NCBI GenBank assembly: GCA_048939015.1 | Contig: JBHLPW010000002.1 | Coordinates: 32,001-96,000 of the forward strand | DNA from: Promethearchaeota archaeon | GTDB lineage: Archaea; Asgardarchaeota; Lokiarchaeia; Sigyniarchaeales; SOKP01 | Direction: 5' to 3' | Length of the DNA: 64,000 nucleotides | Shown: one piece after another, positions 9,101 through 17,400 of the stretch | How the letters are laid out: each line of letters opens with the position of its first letter | How positions within the stretch are numbered: position 1 is the first letter of the stretch | Made by a program: the position numbers and the translations under genes | Notes under the pieces: model-generated | The model's database searches: none | Told to the model about the DNA's origin: nothing | The model's input: the letters and a program-made list of their open reading frames with translations, nothing else

Positions 9101-12100
9101 CATCAACTAGATCACCATCCCTAAAACCATAATCATCAGCTATCAAGGTATTATCGATATAGATATCGAATGTATCAGTCGAACAATTAAATTCAACACT
9201 AAAATGATACCATTTATCATTAATACAGGGAATAAGATCAGACCAAGATGTAGAATCATAACATTGAAACATATTTCCATCTGTTCTAATGACTACTGCT
9301 AGCTCACTGATAGATCCTCTTATTCTAATATATATATTCTCAGCTGAATCATTTGTACATATCCAAAATTCAACTACTCCATTTGATTTAGCGGAGGCAA
9401 AACTATCTAAAATATTAGCCGAAGGTGAAGAATTAGTGTCAATAAATTCCACAACTTTTTTATGATTTATGTATTCTTCAATTACTTGTACTGAAATGCC
9501 CTTCGCTACATCTGATACTAATCTTGAAGGTCTTGATCCAATTGAATCTTCTTCAAACCCAAAAGTTGCTGGATAATATCCACTCATAGGTTCATTGTAT
9601 ACTTTATCTTCAGGTGTTTTAATCTCTATTCCATAATCAACTTTAAAATATCTTAATTCAGATTCGTATAATATCCCTCGTGAATCCTCACCAAACAATT
9701 GAATTTGATGCACTCCTTCATCCAAATATGGAATGGTAGTATTTCCAAATATTGTTTTATTTATTTGTCCCTCTAATGAATAACCTAACCAAGTTAATTC
9801 GGTATTCTGAATAGTACTAATCAGTAATCCATCATTTGCATTATCGCCAATATTATAGTTTGAATCCCATGAATACCCAATAGCATCGGCATAGCATATA
9901 TCTCCATTAAAATGATAGAAATTTTGACCACTTGGAGTATTATTATATCGGAAACTAAAGGGTCCAAATTGTTCGTTATCTATAGCTACTTGCCAATACC
10001 ATTGTGATAAGCCCATATATCCTCCACTAGAGGTTTCAAAATCAATTCTCATATGATACCATGTGTTATCCAAAGTAGATTTTCCTAAATTATACATACC
10101 ACCAGTATGATTATTATAAACAAATTTTTCGTTATCTATTCCAATAGAAAAAGCTTGTCCTTGCCCAATTTGATATATCTGTGATGATATGGCATAAGAT
10201 GCATCTTCAATTGCCCACCAAAATTCAATAGTACCATGTTCTTCTGGTGTTTCAAATATATGATTTATCGAAATATCTCCAGGCCCAGGATCCTCCATTT
10301 TTAAAACCTTATTATGACCTTGAAATTCATCGATTATTTCACAAACACCATAAGTGTCGACCCACCCAAAAGGATCACTTGCATCTTGGTCATTCTCGAA
10401 TCCAAAAGTGGCAGGATAATATCCGTATGTTGGTGCAAAATAAGTTTTGTTTTCAGGTGTGCTAATATTAAAGAATGAACCTGTATCTACTGAAAAGTAC
10501 CTTAATTCAGAATTATAGATACTTCCTAACGTATCATTACCAATTACCTGAATATGGTGACTTCCATCTTTAGGAAAGGGGATTGAAGTATTTCCTAATA
10601 TTGGTATTATTGATTGACTGTCCAGAGAATATCCTTGCCAATCTAGATTAGTGCTATTCTCATAACTTAGTAGTAATCCTTCATTGAAATTATCACCAAC
10701 ATTATATCCTATATCCCATGAGTAACTTATTGCATCAGCCCAGAATTCAATAGCTTGAGTATTACCGGTATATAACTCTACTTCATAAGCATCTCCAGTG
10801 AAAGAATAATTAGCTATAGGTGATTCAAAATAGAGAGATCCGTCAGCTTGATAAATCCTAAATTTATATTTATTTGCATCTAAATCTTTATAGGTTCCAT
10901 CTCCAGAAAAATCTATACTCACTCGAAACCATTCATTTATAGAATTTAAACCTGTATTAATTTCGGTAGTACCATTTTTATAATACCACACATTATCATA
11001 GCTATATACATCAACTATATACTGATCGAGCGAATTTTTTATAAAAAAATGAGTGTGGTAATTATGACTATTATAGTATATCCAATATTCAACTGTTCCA
11101 CTAGTAATATTTTCATAGAATATTTGTGCAGGATATAGGTGAATACCACCTCCGGGATCGTTCAGATACAGAACATTATTGTGCCCATCTTTAGAATCAA
11201 CTACGTATACTCTTCCTTGATAAGAACCATATCCTTCTTCTGACCATGCATTTGGAAAATCCCCACTTTTATCATTCTCAAATCCATAGGTGGCAGGATA
11301 ATAGCCACTCATTGGACAAGTATAGATCTTATCTTCAGGTGTGATTAAATTTAAATGATGAACTGAAAAGCAACGAATATTAGATTGAAAATTAGTCCCT
11401 AATGAATTATTTCCATATACCCGAATTGAATGTGGTCCATCCTCTGGCAATGGAATCGTAGCATTCCCTAAAATTGTTCTATTAATCTGTCCATCTAAAG
11501 AATAGCCCATCCAATCAAGATTGGTATTATTTTCATAACTTAGTAATAATCCTTCATTGAAATTATCACCAACATTATATCCTATATCCCATGAGTAACT
11601 TATTGCATCAGCCCAGAATTCAATAGCTTGAGTATTACCGGTATATAACTCTACTTCATAAGCATCTCCAGTGAAAGAATAATTAGCTATAGGTGATTCA
11701 AAATAGAGAGATCCGTCAGCTTGATAAATCCTAAATTTATATTTATTTGCATCTAAATCTTTATAGGTTCCATCTCCAGAAAAATCTATACTCACTCGAA
11801 ACCATTCATTTATAGAATTTAAACCTGTATTAATTTCGGTAGTACCATTTTTATAATACCACACATTATCATAGCTATATACATCAACTATATACTGATC
11901 GAGCGAATTTTTTATAAAAAAATGAGTGTGGTAATTATGACTATTATAGTATATCCAATATTCAACTGTTCCACTAGTAATATTTTCATAGAATATTTGT
12001 GCAGGATATAGGTGAATACCACCTCCGGGATCGTTCAGATACAGAACATTATTGTGCCCATCTTTAGAATCAACTACGTATACTCTTCCTTGATAAGAAC

Positions 12101-13250
12101 CATATCCTTCTTCTGACCATGCATTTGGAAAATCCCCACTTTTATCATTCTCAAACCCATAAGTTCCGAAATAATACCCATTCATTGGTTTTGAATAAGT
12201 TTTCGCTTCTGGTGTTATTATATCTATTGGAAAATCTACTGTGAAATATCTAATTTCAGATTGGTGATTTATTCCTAATTGATCCATCCCAAAGATATGA
12301 ATTGTATGAAGCCCATCTTCTGGCATTCTAATTGTCGTGTTACCAAGAATAGGTCTTTTATTTTGACTATCTAAAGAATAACTTTTTCTATCAAGTGTGC
12401 TATTAGAATCAAAACTAATTAATAAGCCTTCATATAGATTATCTCCCACTTGATAGTTAGGATCCCAAGAATATCCTACGGCATCATAAAAAGTCGAATA
12501 CCCAGATTCAGTAGTCCTTGTATAAATTTGAAAACTACCAAGGGATTGGTGGTCGTGAGTACCTATCATTGGATAAGGACCATATTTTTCCCCATCGATA
12601 TATACTTGCCATTTCTCCTCCGGTAACCCACTATAGTTTCCCTCAGTACATTCAAAATCAATATGAATGTGATACCACGTATTATCTGAAGCAATTTTTC
12701 CCACATCATACCATAGAAAGCCAGGGCTATAATATCTTCTAAATTTATCCTCCCGTATTGAGATACAAACCGCATAGCTACCTCCAGGAGGCTCATATAT
12801 TACTGCATCGGCTGGGTCAGTTGCATCTGTAACTCTCCACCAAAATTCAATAGATCCATATGATTGAGTTTTTCCAAATGTTTGTATAGCTCGAGTTTCA
12901 TAACTAGTATCTGTATCTTGTAATTCTACTACTTTCTTATGACCATCTAGATCACCTATTATATCTGCTGCGCCGCCTTTTCTATCTATTTTCCAACCAT
13001 TCGGGTCAGTATTTTCTCTATCATTTTCAAATCCAAAAGTTGCAGGATAATATCCTTCCATAGCATCTGTATATGTTTTATTTTGCGGAGTTACAATTGT
13101 TATACTATTGCTACTTAATTTTAAATCTACTTTTTCATCAGAAACTTTATTTAATCTATTGATTCCAAAATTATTCATAAAAGCATAACTACATAACCCA
13201 ACTAAAAGGATTAAACTTAAGGAGATTAATCTTATTCTTATCTTTTTCAA
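6138..13250 (-). CDS. Giant surface protein A: signal peptide, 7 LamG/ConA-like cassettes in an Ig-like scaffold, 3 Ig-like stalk repeats, Loki-CTERM-like anchor
   Basis: TTG start with GGTGA SD; seven GYYPATxGFE...DAxGYSWDxxYxxGDN units with GTxEFW and WYHxxxDF motifs; tail PAIPTYN-hydrophobic helix-KKKIK; many N-x-S/T sequons. Confidence 0.85.
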   Translation of the reverse strand: MKKIRIRLISLSLILLVGLCSYAFMNNFGINRLNKVSDEKVDLKLSSNSITIVTPQNKTYTDAMEGYYPATFGFENDRENTDPNGWKIDRKGGAADIIGDLDGHKKVVELQDTDTSYETRAIQTFGKTQSYGSIEFWWRVTDATDPADAVIYEPPGGSYAVCISIREDKFRRYYSPGFLWYDVGKIASDNTWYHIHIDFECTEGNYSGLPEEKWQVYIDGEKYGPYPMIGTHDHQSLGSFQIYTRTTESGYSTFYDAVGYSWDPNYQVGDNLYEGLLISFDSNSTLDRKSYSLDSQNKRPILGNTTIRMPEDGLHTIHIFGMDQLGINHQSEIRYFTVDFPIDIITPEAKTYSKPMNGYYFGTYGFENDKSGDFPNAWSEEGYGSYQGRVYVVDSKDGHNNVLYLNDPGGGIHLYPAQIFYENITSGTVEYWIYYNSHNYHTHFFIKNSLDQYIVDVYSYDNVWYYKNGTTEINTGLNSINEWFRVSIDFSGDGTYKDLDANKYKFRIYQADGSLYFESPIANYSFTGDAYEVELYTGNTQAIEFWADAISYSWDIGYNVGDNFNEGLLLSYENNTNLDWMGYSLDGQINRTILGNATIPLPEDGPHSIRVYGNNSLGTNFQSNIRCFSVHHLNLITPEDKIYTCPMSGYYPATYGFENDKSGDFPNAWSEEGYGSYQGRVYVVDSKDGHNNVLYLNDPGGGIHLYPAQIFYENITSGTVEYWIYYNSHNYHTHFFIKNSLDQYIVDVYSYDNVWYYKNGTTEINTGLNSINEWFRVSIDFSGDGTYKDLDANKYKFRIYQADGSLYFESPIANYSFTGDAYEVELYTGNTQAIEFWADAISYSWDIGYNVGDNFNEGLLLSYENSTNLDWQGYSLDSQSIIPILGNTSIPFPKDGSHHIQVIGNDTLGSIYNSELRYFSVDTGSFFNISTPENKTYFAPTYGYYPATFGFENDQDASDPFGWVDTYGVCEIIDEFQGHNKVLKMEDPGPGDISINHIFETPEEHGTIEFWWAIEDASYAISSQIYQIGQGQAFSIGIDNEKFVYNNHTGGMYNLGKSTLDNTWYHMRIDFETSSGGYMGLSQWYWQVAIDNEQFGPFSFRYNNTPSGQNFYHFNGDICYADAIGYSWDSNYNIGDNANDGLLISTIQNTELTWLGYSLEGQINKTIFGNTTIPYLDEGVHQIQLFGEDSRGILYESELRYFKVDYGIEIKTPEDKVYNEPMSGYYPATFGFEEDSIGSRPSRLVSDVAKGISVQVIEEYINHKKVVEFIDTNSSPSANILDSFASAKSNGVVEFWICTNDSAENIYIRIRGSISELAVVIRTDGNMFQCYDSTSWSDLIPCINDKWYHFSVEFNCSTDTFDIYIDNTLIADDYGFRDGDLVDVHNFQIYSSASNNLTYYVDAIGYSWDPGYNVGDNLNEGLLLSFTNSTVFDWQGFSLDLQPIKTILGNSTIKMPVDGEHLIRVFGNDSLGELYQSRLQHFEVSSIKLVTPVNQTYTQPMDGYYLATHGFENDEDGTYPEGWTILEASDTSVQVISGIDGHQKVLELYDNNNAGAGLVKLWNNFSSVQVYGTVEFWWRISDASQAGAFRLANLDVVTDSLFAVEIRNNEFRYTNGTDYSLCPASSNNWYHLSVDFECSTGNYKGLNQYSCFIHINGSKYGPFKFENNEPQATLFWISTASTEMNYYMYFDAIGYSWDSNYQIGANMDEGLLLSYKNRIVLDWQGYSLDDHISKTIYGNTTIPIPENGVHSVQVFGNDSLGLEYYSQIRYFTVQYFPIDIITPENKTYTDPMSGYYPATYGFEDTHNNNDPLNFLDSEDNWKVIDEFNGHKKVYNCYEGGAIFFQQFTTGPQSNGTFECWAANEITTYTSSHSFQIRLHNGTVDICCVAIGVGDKFLYLDNTGWHDTGLPVINNKWYHIRMDFEATNGGYMGLSQYQWNLYINGTKIGPLSFINNIAPTYMLSWSMPYSHNRYVDAIGYSWDPNYKIGDNLNEGLLLSYESEIALDWQGYSLDSQTIKTILGNTTIPLPSDGLHTIQVFGNDTVGYMRSSLIRYFTISCIADIINPNITINSPLLYDLFGSSEPYFNITVIEPNLDTMWYTLDGGLTIVLITEPTGNIDQIEWGKFGNGTVTIRFYANDTAGNVGWEDVLVRKDVLPPEITITTPISNYLFGSTTPSFSLIIVEPNLNIMWYTLDGGVTILLITEPMGNIDQTEWDNFGNGTVTIRFYANDSVGNSDWEEVTVRKDVLSPEITINSPEDNQAFTDRAPSFELTINEGNLDEIWYTLDGGEINETCTLTGDIIQEYWNALPPGEYTLRFYATDTLGHEGYAEVSIKKSESPAIPTYNINMLYLIMIFSLISISWQLKKKIK
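10674..12155. repeat. Exact 609-bp direct repeat (10674-11282 = 11547-12155, offset 873 bp)
   Basis: Base-by-base comparison found no mismatch. The first mismatches are at 10673/11546 and 11283/12156. Confidence 0.95.
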
Positions 13251-13257
13251 ACAAATT

Positions 13258-13330
13258 TCACCAAAATTTATTTTGACTATTTAATATAATCTGAGATACA
13301 AAAATGTCAAGTTAGTATTTAAAAATTTGT
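13258..13330 (-). promoter_or_regulatory. Putative TATA box (TTTTTAAATAC, 13315-13325) and GGTGA SD for surface protein A
   Basis: Homologous to the upstream region of the paralog at 20241-20320. Confidence 0.5.
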
Positions 13331-13403
13331 CAAAAATTTAATAAATCAAATCTAAGATAACAATTTGACCAGACGTAATCAAAGAAAAAGAAAAAAGAGA
13401 ATT

Positions 13404-14410
13404 TTATTTTATTTTTTTCTTAAGTTGCCAAATCAAAGATATTGTTCCGATCATCATTATCAGAAAAAGTATAATATTATGATAACTAGATATAGCGGGA
13501 GATTCTGTCTTCTTAATAATAACCTCAGCATATCCTTCATGACCCAATGTATCAGTAGCATAAAATCTTAGAGTGTATTCTCCAGGAGGTAATGCATTCC
13601 AATATGATTGGTCAATTTGTCCAGAAAATGTACAAGTTTCATTGATTAATCCACCATCTAATGTGTACCATATAGTATCTAAATTACCTTCAATTATATC
13701 TAAATCAAAGTTTGGAGCTCTATCTGTGAATATTTGATTGTCTCCTGGGAGATTAATCGTGATCTCTGGTGAAAGTACATCTTTCCTCACAGTTACTTCC
13801 TCCCAATTAGAATTCCCTACTGTATCATTTGCATAAAACCTAATAGTAACCGTTCCGTTTCCAAACTTATCCCATTCCGTTTGGTCAATGTTTCCTATAA
13901 GTCCTATCATAGGTATAATTGTTACTCCTCCATCTAAAGTATACCACATAGTGTTCAAATTTGGTTCTAGAATAGTTGCATCAAATGAAGGAGCAGTACT
14001 TTCGAAGAGATAATTTGAGATCGGTGTAGTGATTGTAATCTCTGGTGGAAGCACATCTTTTCTCAATAATACTTCTTCCCATCCAACATTACCAGCCGTA
14101 TCATTTGCATAAAATCTAATTGTTACCGTTCCGTTTCCAAATTTACCCCATTCTATTTGGTCAATGTTTCCCGTGGGTTCAGTAATAAGAATAATTGTTA
14201 ACCCACCATCCAGGGTATACCACATAGTATCCAAATTAGGTTCAATAACTGTTATATTAAAGTATGGTTCAGTACTTCCGAAAAGGTCATATAGAAGTGG
14301 TGAATTGATGGTAATGTTAGGATCAACAATATCACCTGCGGTTGAAATTGTAAAATACCGAATTAATGAAGACCTCATATATCCCCAGGTATCATTTCCA
14401 AATACTTGAA
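13404..14410. repeat. ~1-kb 3' segment highly similar to 6138-7144 (offset 7266)
   Basis: Long identical runs, e.g. aacctcagcatatccttcatgacccaatgtatcagtagcataaaat at 6255 and 13521. Confidence 0.9.
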
Positions 14411-17400
14411 TAGTGTGTACTCCATCAGATGGCATAGGAATTGTTGTATTTCCCAGAATAGTTATAATTGGTTGAGAGTCGAGTGAATATCCTTGCCAAT
14501 CAAGAGCATAATTGCTTTGATAACTAAGAAGTAAGCTCTCATTTATATTATCTCCAACATTGTAATTTGGATCCCATGAAAATCCAACAGCGTCAATATA
14601 AAAACTATAATCTACATGATATATACTACTTGCTATACTAAAGTATTTCATCATTGTATTTGGATTCCGATAATCATAACCAGAAGAACCACCGTAGGTT
14701 GTTCCATTCACAGTAATCCAAAATTTATCTATAGTTGAATTGAATGTAATTGAGATATGATACCATATATTACTTAGAATTGGAGAGATGTTATAATAAG
14801 CGTCCGTTCTATAAGTAAGATATCCACTGTCAACACGTAGATATATTCCATCAGATGAATCTGTTTCAAAGAGGTTAATACTAGTTCGCATGCTTGAATT
14901 TTCAATTAAATAATAAAATTCGATTGTCCCATTATCTCTATTTGTCAAGTTAATTTTCATTTGAGTTTGTTCTGAATATACTGTGTCTGTTAGGTTGACT
15001 ACTTTTCTGTGATTATAATAACTATCTATTACCTCACACATACCTCCAAAAGCAACATCTTGATACCATCCATTTGGGAATGCTTTTTCTTCATCATTTT
15101 CAAATCCATACGTAGCATGGTAATATCCGCTCATAGGGTTAGTATATGTAATATTATAAGGCGTTATTATATTTATTGGGAAATATTGAACAGTAAAATG
15201 CCTAAGAGAGGAATAATAATTATTTCCAATAGAATCATTTCCAAATACTTGAATTTTATGTACTCCATTTGAAGGCATAACAAATGTAGTATTACCGAAA
15301 ATTGTTCTGTTAATTTGTCCATCTAAGGAATACCATTGCGAATCAATATTAGTACTATTTTCATAACCTAGTAACAACCCTTCATTAAGGTTATCTCCAA
15401 TATTATAATTAGGATCCCAGGAATAACCAACTGCATCAAAATAAGAATTGTATCCAAGTCCATAACTATAAGTATGCAAGTGAAATTCATCTAATTGTTC
15501 ATCAGCACCAAAAAGATATGGTCCATAACCAACTCCATTTATATATACGTAGAATTCATTTTCATTAAGGCCATGATATCCTCCTGTAGTATGTTCAAAA
15601 TCAATCCTAATATGATACCATGTATTTATCAATGGAGTTGCGGCTCCAATAATCGGAGTGTCACTACCATTATGATGTACATGCCATTCAGCAGGACTTC
15701 CACCAAACATCCTTACTCCAAACAAGATATTACCATTTCCCATCCCCGTGATCTGGCTTCTATCACCATCACTTCCTAAATCATCTTGTTGTACCCAAAC
15801 CTCAATTGTACCGTTATCTTTATTATTTATAAGATTATATATTCTTGTTGGATTTCCACTTCCACCTTGATTATCAAATAATCGAAGGACTTTTTTATGT
15901 CCATCTAGTTCTGAAATTACTTCCGCTTCGGGATTTTCAATTTGAATTACCCAATCTTTTGGATCAGCATTGTTTTCATCATTCTCAAATCCATAGGTAG
16001 CTGGAAAGTAACCACTCATCGGATTAGTATAGGTTTTATTTTCAGGAGTGAATATTATAAAAGGTGAGACTGTGAAATATCTAATCTCAGATTTATATAA
16101 AATCTCTCTGAAATCCATACCAAAGAGTTGAATTTTATTACGTTGTTTGCTATAATTACTAAAAGGGATTACTTTATTTCCGAATATTGTTCTATTAGAC
16201 TGTCCATTTAATGAATAACTAGTCCATTTTAGATCAGTGGTTTTAGTAAAATCCAATAATATACCTTCATCCTCGTTATCACCAATATTATAATTAGGAT
16301 CCCATGAATACCCGATTGCATCTATATAAGAGTAAAAATTCGAATCAGTACCAGTTGTGCCAAAATAAATTGTGTCCATGGCGCTTGGTGCTCCATAAAA
16401 GGCATATCCTGCGCCATTTGTTTTATTGCCATCTATCCATAAATGCCATTCTCCTGCTGTACAGTTCCATTCAATTCTAAGATGATACCATTGATCCATA
16501 TTGTAAGTCATTATATCTTGAGGCGCAGTAGTGTAATAACGAATCCAACCATTATCATCGAAGTATAAGTAAACTGCTTTCGTTTCCACACCATCATAAA
16601 TGAAAACTTTTGTTCTTGTTGTATTATCCCCACACCGAACATATAATTCAATAGTTCCTGTATTCTGATCAGCGAAATTGTGGTAAACTTCCACCATATC
16701 AGTTGAAGAAGTATCATGTAATTCCAAAACTTCATTATGACCATCAATATCAGATAAAATATTGACTGTTCCTCCCTTTTCACCTATTTTCCACCCAACT
16801 GGAACTGAACTATCTGAAAATTGCACAAGATCGTCTCTTTCAAATCCAAAGGTTGCTGGATAATATCCATGCATTACACTCTCATATGTTTTGTTTTCTG
16901 GAGTGATAATATTAAAGAAATTACCAGTATTTACAGAAAAGTATCGATTATCTGAATTATAGATATTCCCTAAAGTATCGTTACTAAATACTTGAATATG
17001 ATGAGATCCATCAGAAGGCATCGGAATTGTTGTATTTCCCAGAATAGTTATAATTGGTTGAGAGTCGAATGAATATCCTTGCCAATCAAGATTGGTAGTA
17101 TTTTCATAACTTAGTAACAATCCTTCATTTAAATTGTCTCCGATGTTATAATTGGGATCCCAAGAAAAACTCAACGCATCTAAATAGATATGATAATTGT
17201 AATTAGATATGCTTGTCCAATATAGAATTGTATCTAGATGTGTGCAATTAGTTAAAAAGGGTAAAGATGCTGATAATGTATTGTCTACCGTATATCTTAA
17301 TGTATATTGAGATAGACCGGTATAATTTCCACCTGTACATTCAAAATCTATTCTTATATGATGCCAATTATTGACCAACGGAGTCCCTAATGCCGGTATT

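Noticed and set aside
10674-12155. Diversity-generating retroelement template/variable repeat pair
   Set aside because: The copies are identical with no adenine-specific mismatches, both are in coding frame, and no reverse transcriptase is in the window.
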